Shown here: piece by piece, positions 1 to 8,749 of the stretch
Position numbering within the stretch: the first letter of the stretch is position 1
How the letters are laid out: every line of letters starts with the position of its first letter
Source of the DNA: Saprospirales bacterium
GTDB taxonomy: Bacteria > Bacteroidota > Bacteroidia > Chitinophagales > UBA8649
Direction of reading: 5' to 3'
Length of the DNA stretch: 64,000 nucleotides
Assembly (NCBI GenBank): GCA_002708985.1
Contig: PAPS01000015.1
Location: forward strand, 429 to 64,428
Notes under the pieces: generated by a model
The model's input: the letters and a program-made list of their open reading frames with translations, nothing else
The model's database searches: none
Told to the model about the DNA's origin: nothing
Translations under genes and position numbers: made by a program

Positions 1-256
1 CCAGAATGAACCAACCGCTCTTGCCAACATCCTGCATACGCCTAACCGCCACTGCAAGACCAGGTAAAAAAGCAACTAAGCTATATATAGTAGATACGAT
101 ACTAAGTTCATCCAAGCGCCCATCACCCCATGCAACCAGCAATAAGGGAATTGTTGCGATTATTGTGTTTATCGCAAAGAAAGACCAATACTCTGTGCGG
201 GAAGCGCGACCACTGAACTTCGCGTAGTTCTTAAAACAATGGATATAATATTTCAT
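1..256 (-). CDS. DUF805 family inner-membrane protein (3' end runs off the window start)
   Basis: Absent from the ORF track because the window edge truncates it. Manual reverse translation from the ATG at 256-254 gives MKYYIHCFKNYAKFSGRASRTEYWSFFAINTII...LAVAVRRMQDVGKSGWFIL. This contains the F-x-GRA-x-R-x-EYW and RR-x-D-x-GKSGW signatures typical of DUF805/YhaH-like proteins. Confidence 0.75.
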   Translation of the reverse strand, partial: MKYYIHCFKNYAKFSGRASRTEYWSFFAINTIIATIPLLLVAWGDGRLDELSIVSTIYSLVAFLPGLAVAVRRMQDVGKSGWFIL

Positions 257-364
257 GATTTGTGCTTTAGTCTGTTCAAAATACATAAAATCTAAAGTGT
301 CTAATACAATGACGAGCTGTTTAAACCCCACAAAACTTGATTAATTGCACAATTTTTGTATTTT

Positions 365-380
365 ACCAAACGTTTGTTTG
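365..380. promoter_or_regulatory. Candidate operator upstream of the beta-oxidation operon (perfect palindrome CAAACGTTTG inside ACCAAACGTTTGTTTG)
   Basis: The 10-bp perfect palindrome lies at 367-376, about 65 bp upstream of the fadN-like ATG at 440. It shares the octamer ACCAAACG with the inverted repeat upstream of the TetR gene at 9347-9364. Confidence 0.3.
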
Positions 381-439
381 ATAAAAGAATATAAACCGAT
401 ATTCAATGCTCACAAATACTAACCGATCAAAAAGAAATC

Positions 440-2878
440 ATGAAGAATGCTGTGTCCCGTGAGATAAAATCAAGCATTGTAATTCCAGCAAACCAACGTC
501 ACATCCGTAAGGTAGCTGTATTGGGATCCGGTGTGATGGGCTCTCGTATAGCCTGCCATTTTGCGCACATTGGTCTCGAGGTTTTACTTCTTGACATTGT
601 GCCATTTGATCTTTCAGAAGAGCAGAAAAATAATTCAAAGGCACGAAACAGCATAGTCGACGATGCACTAAAATCTACTGTAAAGTCGAAACCCTCCCCT
701 ATTTATCACCATCAATTTCTTGATAACATTACCACTGGAAACTTTGAAGATGACTTAGATAAAATAGCTTATTGCGATTGGGTGATTGAGGTGATCATTG
801 AACGCTTAGATATTAAAAAGACACTTTTTGATAAGGTAGAAAAGCTACGTAAACCGGGCAGTCTTATAACCTCTAATACATCTGGTATTCCCATATCTAT
901 GCTCGCCAAAGGACGCAGTGAAGAATTCCAACGACATTTCTGTGGTACACACTTCTTTAATCCTCCTCGATATCTCAATCTCTTTGAAATCATCCCACAC
1001 AATACAACAGATCCAGAGATAATTAAATTTTTTGAACACTATGCTGATCTATTTCTTGGGAAAACACCCGTTCTTGCCAAAGATACCCCAGCCTTTATTG
1101 CCAACCGGATAGGCGTTTTTTCTATGACAACCATCTTTCAACTTATGAATGACTTCGACCTTAGTATCGGAGAAATTGATGTCATTACCGGCACTCTCAC
1201 AGGAAAGCCAAAGTCAGCGACTTTCCGAACAGCCGATGTTGTAGGACTGGATACTTTGATTAAAGTAGCTAAAGGGGTCTACGATAATTGTCCTAAAGAC
1301 GAGCGACGAAGCACCTTTCAGATAGTCGATTTTGTGCTTTCCATGGAGAAAAACCAATGGCTTGGGGATAAGACAGGTCAAGGCTTTTACAAAAAATCAA
1401 AAAATGAGCAAGGGAAACGTGTATTCCTCGAGTTAGATCCTAAAACTTTGGAATACAAGGCTATACCAAAAAGACCATTTGATTCCATCTTACAAGCCAA
1501 AGCAGCTAGTGGCTTAAAAAACAAGCTTCGTATGTTATCGAAGGGAAATGATGAGGCGGCGAGATTTAACAACACTTTGAATGCTATGGTCTTTCAGTAT
1601 TGTGCCCATCGAATCCCAGAAATATCTGATGAACTCTATCGCATAGATGATGGTATGAAGACGGGATTTGGATGGGAAATGGGTCCTTTTGAAATGTGGG
1701 ATGTCATCGGAGTACGGGAAACGCTAGATCAAATGACTTCTATGGGCTTTGAAGCACCTCAATGGGTACATTCCATGCTCGCATCGGGAGCAACTTCATT
1801 TTACAAGCACCAAGCAGGACAGCGCATGTATTGGGATATACCGTCAACATCATATAAAGCTGTACCCGGTCAGAAACATTTTATCCTACTTGCGAATCGC
1901 AAAGAGGATATTGTCTGGAATAATAGCGGCACGAATCTCTATGATCTAGGAGATGGCGTACTTAACCTTGAGTTCAAGACCAAAATGAATAGCATTGGTG
2001 GTGAAGTGCTAGAAGGAATTAATCATGCCATCAATAAAGCAGGAGACGAAGGATGGAAAGGTCTTGTGCTTGGCAATGACGCTAGTAATTTTTCTGCAGG
2101 AGCCAACCTTGCGATGATTCTCATGCTTGCGGTTGAGCAAGAATATGATGAGCTTGATCTTGCTATCCGGCAATTTCAACAAACAGCAATGCGTGTTCGT
2201 CATTCACCAATTCCTGTAGTGGCAGGACCTCACGGAATGACTTTAGGCGGCGGATGTGAAATCACGATGCATAGCGATGCTGCGCTTGCCTCTGCTGAGA
2301 CTTACATAGGACTCGTAGAAGTGGGTGCGGGAGTTATACCTGCCGGTGGAGGATGCAAAGAATTAGCTTTACGAGCGTCGGATTACTACCATACAAACGA
2401 TCCTAAAATCCCGCGAATTGTAGAGGCATTTACCCACATTGCCACAGCTAAAGTTTCTAGCTCAGCCCACGAAGCATTTGAATTAGGTCTATTAGACAAG
2501 CGAAAGGATGAAGTAGTGATTAACGCAAAGCGCGTTATTGCTGAAGCCAAAAAGAAGGTGCTTGAGTTACATGATAATGGATATAGCCAACCTCCTATCC
2601 GAAAGGATATAGAGGTGATGGGGCGTTCGGGTATGGCGGCTTTACTGTCTGGACTTAGTGGCTTTGAGCTAGGCAACTATGCTACCCCACACGACATCAC
2701 GATTGCCCAAAAAATCGCCTATGTACTCTGTGGCGGAGATCTCAGTATGCCAAGCAAAGTTTCTGAGCAATACCTTCTTGATTTAGAAAGAGAGGCCTTC
2801 CTCTCCCTCTCTGGGGAAGTAAAGACACAACAACGAATGATATCCATTTTAAAAACTGGAAAACCACTTCGAAACTAA
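440..2878 (+). CDS. Bifunctional 3-hydroxyacyl-CoA dehydrogenase / enoyl-CoA hydratase (FadN-type domain order)
   Basis: 812 aa with an ATG start. The N-terminal Rossmann motif is VAVLGSGVMGSRIA (dehydrogenase). The C-terminal half has a crotonase fold (GNDASNFSAGANL, GGGCEITMHSD). Dehydrogenase-then-hydratase order matches B. subtilis FadN and is the reverse of E. coli FadB. It is the first gene of an operon with a thiolase and an acyl-CoA dehydrogenase. Confidence 0.9.
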   Translation: MKNAVSREIKSSIVIPANQRHIRKVAVLGSGVMGSRIACHFAHIGLEVLLLDIVPFDLSEEQKNNSKARNSIVDDALKSTVKSKPSPIYHHQFLDNITTGNFEDDLDKIAYCDWVIEVIIERLDIKKTLFDKVEKLRKPGSLITSNTSGIPISMLAKGRSEEFQRHFCGTHFFNPPRYLNLFEIIPHNTTDPEIIKFFEHYADLFLGKTPVLAKDTPAFIANRIGVFSMTTIFQLMNDFDLSIGEIDVITGTLTGKPKSATFRTADVVGLDTLIKVAKGVYDNCPKDERRSTFQIVDFVLSMEKNQWLGDKTGQGFYKKSKNEQGKRVFLELDPKTLEYKAIPKRPFDSILQAKAASGLKNKLRMLSKGNDEAARFNNTLNAMVFQYCAHRIPEISDELYRIDDGMKTGFGWEMGPFEMWDVIGVRETLDQMTSMGFEAPQWVHSMLASGATSFYKHQAGQRMYWDIPSTSYKAVPGQKHFILLANRKEDIVWNNSGTNLYDLGDGVLNLEFKTKMNSIGGEVLEGINHAINKAGDEGWKGLVLGNDASNFSAGANLAMILMLAVEQEYDELDLAIRQFQQTAMRVRHSPIPVVAGPHGMTLGGGCEITMHSDAALASAETYIGLVEVGAGVIPAGGGCKELALRASDYYHTNDPKIPRIVEAFTHIATAKVSSSAHEAFELGLLDKRKDEVVINAKRVIAEAKKKVLELHDNGYSQPPIRKDIEVMGRSGMAALLSGLSGFELGNYATPHDITIAQKIAYVLCGGDLSMPSKVSEQYLLDLEREAFLSLSGEVKTQQRMISILKTGKPLRN

Positions 2879-2915
2879 TTTTTAATCCTCTTAATAGAAT
2901 ACTAAATAAAAGCCA

Positions 2916-4103
2916 ATGAGAACTGCATATATAGTAGCTGGAAAACGAACGGCCATCGGGAAAGCAAAGCGAGGAGGATTTCGATTTACATCTCCGGTAG
3001 ATCTGGGGGCACACGTAATCAACCAACTTTTACAAGACCTACCGAATTTAGATCCAGGTAGAATAGAAGACATATTGGTTGGCAATGCAGTCCCTGAAGC
3101 CGAACAAGGACTTCAAATGGCACGGTGGATTTCCATCCGATCAAATCTCCCAGAAACCGTCAGCGGTGTGACTGTTAACCGATATTGTGGGTCAGGGGTT
3201 GAGACAATTGCTATGGCCACCGCAAAAATTCAAGCTGGCATGGCTAATTGTTTAATTGCTGGTGGAGCAGAATCAATGTCGTTAGTACCAACTATGGGCT
3301 TTAAGACCGTTCCGAACTATCAAATCGCCGTAGATCACCCAGACTACTACATTGGCATGGGGCTTACCGCCGAAGAAGTTGCATCCAAGTATGGTATCGC
3401 AAGACAAGAATCCGATGAGTTTTCGTTCAAATCCCACCAAAAAGCGATAAAAGCAGTCAACAGTGGACTCTTTGACGAAGAGATAACCCCAATGAATATT
3501 GAAGAAGTTTACTATGAATCGGCTTCAGAGTGCAAACGATCAAGGACCTATACTGTCGGTCGAGATGAAGGGCCTCGAGCTGATACTTCAATGGAAGTTT
3601 TAGGAAAACTTCGAGCAGTTTTTAAGCAAGGCGGGCAAGTTACCGCTGGCAATGCCTCGCAAACCTCAGATGGCGCTGCCTTTGTTGTAGTTATGAGCGA
3701 GGAAATGGTTAAAGAGCTCAATTTAAAACCCATTGCACGCATGGTAACTTCCACAACCATCGGAGTCTCGCCGCGCTACATGGGTATTGGCCCCGTAGAA
3801 GCCATTCCCAAAGCACTAAAAATGGCAGGGTTATCCTATCAAGATATAGGACTAGTTGAACTCAATGAGGCCTTTGCAGCGCAATCATTAGCCGTACTGA
3901 AAAATCTACCTGATCTCGATCCCTCTAAAGTCAATGTAAATGGAGGAGCGATTGCCTTAGGACACCCATTGGGATGCACTGGAGCGATATTAAGCATCAA
4001 ATTGTTCTGTGAAATGCGACGTCAACAGCAGAAGTATGGCATGGTCTCAGCCTGTATTGGGGGTGGACAAGGAATCGCCTCAATCTACGAATACCTTAAC
4101 TAA
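2916..4103 (+). CDS. fadA: Acetyl-CoA C-acyltransferase (3-ketoacyl-CoA thiolase)
   Basis: 395 aa. Thiolase signatures are present: the active-site Cys region VNRYCGSGVETI, then NVNGGAIALGHPLGCTG and ACIGGGQGIA near the C-terminus. Confidence 0.93.
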   Translation: MRTAYIVAGKRTAIGKAKRGGFRFTSPVDLGAHVINQLLQDLPNLDPGRIEDILVGNAVPEAEQGLQMARWISIRSNLPETVSGVTVNRYCGSGVETIAMATAKIQAGMANCLIAGGAESMSLVPTMGFKTVPNYQIAVDHPDYYIGMGLTAEEVASKYGIARQESDEFSFKSHQKAIKAVNSGLFDEEITPMNIEEVYYESASECKRSRTYTVGRDEGPRADTSMEVLGKLRAVFKQGGQVTAGNASQTSDGAAFVVVMSEEMVKELNLKPIARMVTSTTIGVSPRYMGIGPVEAIPKALKMAGLSYQDIGLVELNEAFAAQSLAVLKNLPDLDPSKVNVNGGAIALGHPLGCTGAILSIKLFCEMRRQQQKYGMVSACIGGGQGIASIYEYLN

Positions 4104-4122
4104 TCAAGACATTAGATTTATT

Positions 4123-5937
4123 ATGGATACAGCAATACACCAAAAAGCATTAATAAAAGGAGGAGAATTTATTGTCAAGCAGGCAGATCCCCAAGAAATT
4201 TATAGTCCTGAAGATATCAATGAAGAACAACGAGCTTTTTCTGATGCAGCTTCTGAATTTGTCGAGAAACGAATTGCTCCTCAATTCGATGCCATAGAAC
4301 ATAAGGAGTTTGATAAGGTAGTCACCCTTTTAGAAGAAGCAGGCGAACTCGGCTTATTAGGACCGGGCATTCCCGAAGCATATGGGGGTATGGGATTGGA
4401 CTTTAATAGCGAAACCTACCTTGTTGAAATAATGGGCCGTACCCAAAGCTTTGGTGTTGCCTATGCCGCTCATACAGGAATTGGAATGCTTCCGATTTTG
4501 TATTACGGCAGTGAAGCGCAACGAAATGAGTGGCTTCCGGCTCTATGCCTTGGAGAAAAAAAGGCTGCCTATTGCTTAACTGAACCTAGTTCAGGTTCCG
4601 ATGCACTAGGCGCGAAAACCAAAGCAGTACTTTCCGAAGATGATCAGTCTTGGGCCATATCTGGTCAAAAAATGTGGATCACCAATGGCGGCTTTGCCGA
4701 TGTATTTATCGTTTTTGCCCAAGTTCAGGAAGACAGTCGATTAGACGGTCAAAGCGGATTTACCGGCTTTATTGTACCGGCCCATAATGCCAATGTTCGA
4801 TTGGGAGCTGAAGAAAAGAAAATGGGTATTAATGGCTCATCCACACGACAGGTTTTCTTTGAAGAGGTGATAATTCCAAGAGAAAATGTGCTCGGTGATA
4901 TTGGCAAGGGACATAAAATAGCCTTCAACGTGCTCAACATTGGACGATACAAGCTAGGTGTCATAGGAATTGGAGGTTCAAAAGCGGTAATTACTGCCTC
5001 TGTGAAATATGCCAATGAACGGAAGCAGTTTGGTCAATCAATTGCAAGTTTTGAAGCCATTCGATTTAAAATTGCCGAACAAGTGATACGGACCTATGCA
5101 TTAGAATCTGCATGTTACCGGACCTCTGGCCTCGTCAAAGATCTAATGGAAGATCTAGAAGCTAAAGGCGTTTCGTCTATTCAGGCTAAAATTGATGCGG
5201 CTGAAGAATACAGCATTGAAGCCGCCATTCTCAAGGTATTGGGTTCTGAAACAGTTGACTACGTGGTGGACGAAGGTGTACAAATCCACGGTGGTATGGG
5301 ATTCTCTGAGGAAACCTTAGTATCCAGAGCATATCGAGATGCCCGTATCAATCGAATTTTTGAAGGTACCAATGAAATCAACCGCTTATTATCTATCGGT
5401 ACGATTCTGCGACGCGCCCTCAAGGGCCACATTGATGTATTAGGACCTGCCAAGAAAGTGCAAGATGAGTTGATGTCCTTACCAACAGATATCGGTATTG
5501 AAGATGGAGTACTATCACGAGAAATGCATGCCACAAAACAGGCAAAAAAAGTACTACTTATGGTAGCGGGTGCTGCCACTAAAGCCTATGGTAAAGAGCT
5601 TGAATCTAAGCAGATGGTGATGATGTATATAGCTGACATGCTAATCGATCTATTCACCATGGAATCGATGATTCTAAGGACACAAAAAAGAGCAATGAGC
5701 GAAGGAGAGGCCACAAGCTCGGACTATATTGCCATGACACAAGTATTTGTCTCAGATGGCTTAGAACGTATACACATTAATGGGAAAAGAGCTATTGCCT
5801 CCTTTGCAGAAGGTGATATGCTTCGAATGATGAATTTAGGGATCAAGCGATTTACTAAATTTGACCTTATCAATACAACTGCACTGCGTAATCAGGTTGC
5901 GCAAGTTGCCATTGAGGCAAACGCCTATCCTTACTAA
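4123..5937 (+). CDS. fadE: Acyl-CoA dehydrogenase (long, ~600-aa form)
   Basis: The ORF-track start at 4009 is a GTG and overlaps the thiolase by 95 nt. The ATG at 4123 (MDTAIHQKALIKGG...) gives 604 aa. ACAD motifs are CLTEPSSGSDA, IHGGMGFSEE and ARINRIFEGTNEINR. Confidence 0.9.
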   Translation: MDTAIHQKALIKGGEFIVKQADPQEIYSPEDINEEQRAFSDAASEFVEKRIAPQFDAIEHKEFDKVVTLLEEAGELGLLGPGIPEAYGGMGLDFNSETYLVEIMGRTQSFGVAYAAHTGIGMLPILYYGSEAQRNEWLPALCLGEKKAAYCLTEPSSGSDALGAKTKAVLSEDDQSWAISGQKMWITNGGFADVFIVFAQVQEDSRLDGQSGFTGFIVPAHNANVRLGAEEKKMGINGSSTRQVFFEEVIIPRENVLGDIGKGHKIAFNVLNIGRYKLGVIGIGGSKAVITASVKYANERKQFGQSIASFEAIRFKIAEQVIRTYALESACYRTSGLVKDLMEDLEAKGVSSIQAKIDAAEEYSIEAAILKVLGSETVDYVVDEGVQIHGGMGFSEETLVSRAYRDARINRIFEGTNEINRLLSIGTILRRALKGHIDVLGPAKKVQDELMSLPTDIGIEDGVLSREMHATKQAKKVLLMVAGAATKAYGKELESKQMVMMYIADMLIDLFTMESMILRTQKRAMSEGEATSSDYIAMTQVFVSDGLERIHINGKRAIASFAEGDMLRMMNLGIKRFTKFDLINTTALRNQVAQVAIEANAYPY

Positions 5938-5939
5938 TC

Positions 5940-6383
5940 ATGACGAATCCCAAACCAAATCTCCAGCATTTTCGATTTGAGTTGCCCATTCAGATGCGAT
6001 GGAATGATCTTGATCCGTTAGGCCACGTAAACAATGCAATTTTTATTACCTACTTTGAATACGGCCGAAGTCAATATATGCTAAAGGCAAGTAGCATTTG
6101 GGATTGGACTAAAAATATGTTTTTAATAGGTGATGTCCAGGCTGTCTTTCACAAGGAACTTACTTTGCTACATACTGATGCTCGAGTTCTTGTGCGAACG
6201 CACTCCTTCGGGAATAAGAGCTTTGTTCTTGAATATGCCGTATGCAGCGGAAGTAAGGATAATCCCATACTCCACAGCCACGGAAAAACAACTCAAATCA
6301 TGTTTGATACAAAAAGTCGTTCAACCATCGAGATTCCCCAATGGCTTCGTGAAGAGATTAGCGCTTTTGAAAAATACGAGTAA
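5940..6383 (+). CDS. Hotdog-fold acyl-CoA thioesterase (4HBT/YbgC-like)
   Basis: 147 aa. It starts 2 nt after the ACAD stop. The motif RWNDLDPLGHVNNAIFITYFE is typical of the 4HBT thioesterase family. It is the last gene of the beta-oxidation operon. Confidence 0.75.
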   Translation: MTNPKPNLQHFRFELPIQMRWNDLDPLGHVNNAIFITYFEYGRSQYMLKASSIWDWTKNMFLIGDVQAVFHKELTLLHTDARVLVRTHSFGNKSFVLEYAVCSGSKDNPILHSHGKTTQIMFDTKSRSTIEIPQWLREEISAFEKYE

Positions 6384-6555
6384 AAAATCTCGCAGTATCA
6401 GTTTCATTACTAGGCCCAACCATAATACTAATTATCTAATAGACAATAATTTATGTATCTACAAAGAAAAATGTAAGCCAAAGCCTTGTTTTTAACGTAG
6501 AATCTGAATCCCACGCAAGATTTTCCACGTATTTTAGAGTATAGACCTTGATTCT

Positions 6556-7059
6556 ATGATGAGTAGAAGCAGTATGCCATATTATCTCTATATAATTAAG
6601 ATATTTCTGTGTACTAATTTACTATACGCACAACCCATGCTTAAAGGACCAGCAATCCCTGACATCATGGTCGATGTAAATTTATCAGATTCTCTTGACG
6701 TCATACAATTACAAAGTCATGAATACGAAAGCATTAATGAGATCGATTTCATAAGAATTCGATATGTCAAAAGCGATGATGAGCCATTGAGTATTAAATC
6801 CATCGTACTCACCTATGATTTAGACGGCGACAAGCCGCTCTATCAAGTAGACATGATGTTTTCCTCAACACTAGATGCCTACAAAATGGCCTATGATTTG
6901 TACGGACTGCCAAACTACGCCAACCAGGGCAATGTGCTTAATGAATGGTATTTCCGACAACCAAACAACCTAAGTGATGTATGGATTACATTATCAGCTA
7001 ACACCCTAGTGATAAGAGCTCTTGAGCCTAATACAGTTTGGGAGGCTAAAGTGTATTAG
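6556..7059 (+). CDS. Hypothetical secreted protein
   Basis: 167 aa. The N-terminus is hydrophobic (YYLYIIKIFLCTNLLYAQP). I recognise no family motif. It converges on the next gene with only 6 nt between the stop codons. Confidence 0.45.
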   Translation: MMSRSSMPYYLYIIKIFLCTNLLYAQPMLKGPAIPDIMVDVNLSDSLDVIQLQSHEYESINEIDFIRIRYVKSDDEPLSIKSIVLTYDLDGDKPLYQVDMMFSSTLDAYKMAYDLYGLPNYANQGNVLNEWYFRQPNNLSDVWITLSANTLVIRALEPNTVWEAKVY

Positions 7060-7065
7060 AAATAT

Positions 7066-7476
7066 TTAGCGACAGGTAGGCTTTACCTGGCGATAAAACT
7101 GAGTATCCCCGTCAGGATGAATACAGGTAAATCCACAGCGATCCCTTATAAGCTTGTACTTACTCTTACTATTACCTGAAAAATAGACGTATTCATAGCC
7201 GTCTTCATATACATATCCAAGATTTCTTTGTCCTAATGCTTCACTCCAATAGACCCAAGACACCTTGCCATTCATCTTGATTTTTCGAGTCATCCGCTCC
7301 TTCCCCATATTTTCGTCACCACGAGATTCATAGACGATTGATCCTGTGTCCGCGAAGAATTCCATGGAATTAGAGGATTTATTGTTGAAATCTACTTTCG
7401 TTTCATTCAAAAGCGGCATGTAGAGCGTTGAGCCCATACCAATAAGAAAAGCAGTAGCTAAAAAGAAAAATTTCAT
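7066..7476 (-). CDS. Hypothetical secreted protein with a C-terminal three-Cys domain (paralogous to the C-terminus of 58363..59580)
   Basis: 136 aa with signal-like MKFFFLATAFLIGMGS. The C-terminal ~90 aa (YESRGDENMGKERM...EYVYFSGNSKSKYKLIRDRCGFTCIHPDGDTQFYRQVKPTCR) align with the C-terminus of the 405-aa lipoprotein at 58363..59580. Confidence 0.55.
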   Translation of the reverse strand: MKFFFLATAFLIGMGSTLYMPLLNETKVDFNNKSSNSMEFFADTGSIVYESRGDENMGKERMTRKIKMNGKVSWVYWSEALGQRNLGYVYEDGYEYVYFSGNSKSKYKLIRDRCGFTCIHPDGDTQFYRQVKPTCR

Positions 7477-7569
7477 AGCACAAATATGACCATAATCGTG
7501 CCAAGTCTAAAGAATCTTTATATAAAGTAAAGAATGGACATTCCAAAAAATTGTGCAAGAAGATAGATG

Positions 7570-8532
7570 CTATCGACTGAGGCATTTCTTTGAGGCGGCA
7601 ACAACATCACCTTGCGCAATACCATACTTTCTCATTAAATCAGCTGGTTTACCACTTTCTCCAAAGCTATCTTGAACAGCTACAAACTGAAGAGGACAAG
7701 GCATCTCTTCTGCACAAAATTGAGCGATGGCACTGCCCAAACCGCCTAATCTTTGGTGCTCTTCAGCTACAACTCCTCTACCCGTTTTCCCCAAGGAAGT
7801 AAGAATTGCCTCATGATCTAAGGGCTTGATAGTATGAATGTTAACCACATCACATGAAATGCCAAGTTCCGATAAATCGTCAGCCGCTTTTAGGCTCTCT
7901 TCAACCAAATGCCCGGTACAAAATATACTGATATCTGACCCTTCTCTAAGGTGAAGTGCCTTTCCGATGGTAAAGGGAGCATCTTCTGGCATAAATACAC
8001 TGACTTTGGGACGACCAAAACGAAGGTAAACCGGGCCATCATAATCAGCAATCGCCAAGGTTGCTGCCTTTGTTTGATTGTAATCACATGTATTAATTAC
8101 CACCATACCTGGTAACATTTGCATTAGACCAATATCCTCAAGAATTTGGTGGGTAGCGCCATCCTCACCAAGCGTTACACCCGCATGCGATGCGCATATC
8201 TTTACATTTTTTCCAGAGTAGGCTATCGATTGACGAATCTGATCATAAACCCTCCCTGTAGCGAAGTTTGCAAAAGTTGTGGCAAAAGGAATTTTCCCAC
8301 CTATGGTTAATCCTGCGGCTATGCCCATCATATTTGCTTCAGCAATACCGCATTGGACGAACCGCTCAGGAAAGTTTTTAGCAAAATCGTTAAGCTTTAA
8401 TGATCCAGTAAGATCAGCACAAAGCGCAACGACATCAGGATTATTTAACCCTAATTCATCCATTGCAGATCCAAAACCAGAACGGGTATCTTTTTTGGGC
8501 AGAACACTCCAATCCAATCCTTGTAACATCAT
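7570..8532 (-). CDS. Transketolase C-terminal section (pyrimidine-binding plus C-terminal domains)
   Basis: The ORF-track start at 8592 is a TTG. The ATG at 8532 (MMLQGLDWSVLPKKDTRSGFG...) gives ~320 aa, the usual size for split-transketolase subunit B. Motifs are IAEANMMGIAAGL and HAGVTLGEDGATHQ. Confidence 0.85.
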   Translation of the reverse strand: MMLQGLDWSVLPKKDTRSGFGSAMDELGLNNPDVVALCADLTGSLKLNDFAKNFPERFVQCGIAEANMMGIAAGLTIGGKIPFATTFANFATGRVYDQIRQSIAYSGKNVKICASHAGVTLGEDGATHQILEDIGLMQMLPGMVVINTCDYNQTKAATLAIADYDGPVYLRFGRPKVSVFMPEDAPFTIGKALHLREGSDISIFCTGHLVEESLKAADDLSELGISCDVVNIHTIKPLDHEAILTSLGKTGRGVVAEEHQRLGGLGSAIAQFCAEEMPCPLQFVAVQDSFGESGKPADLMRKYGIAQGDVVAASKKCLSR

Positions 8533-8749
8533 AGCCTTTGTTTGTCCACGAAAATAATCAAGGTCAATTGTTGGAATATCTAAATAAAACAAGACTTATC
8601 AACTAAAAAACAAGTCACGAAAACAAAAAAGCTCCTGACAAACTAGTATGTATGAAATGTCATAACAAAATGTGAAAGAAATGAAACTAGCTTGCCAAGA
8701 GCTTTAGCCTGCATCACCTAGGTGACTTGTCTGTAAAACATTGACACGC

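Noticed and set aside
6-227. 73-aa plus-strand ORF at the window start
   Set aside because: It is the antisense shadow of a clear DUF805 gene on the minus strand (1..256). Its sequence has no recognisable features.
4009-4122. N-terminal extension of the acyl-CoA dehydrogenase ORF (track start 4009)
   Set aside because: The start codon is a GTG and the extension overlaps the thiolase gene by 95 nt. The ATG at 4123 follows the thiolase stop and gives a typical ACAD N-terminus.
6130-6495. 121-aa plus-strand ORF overlapping the thioesterase gene
   Set aside because: It is an alternative frame of the well-supported thioesterase CDS, extending into AT-rich spacer. Its composition is implausible.
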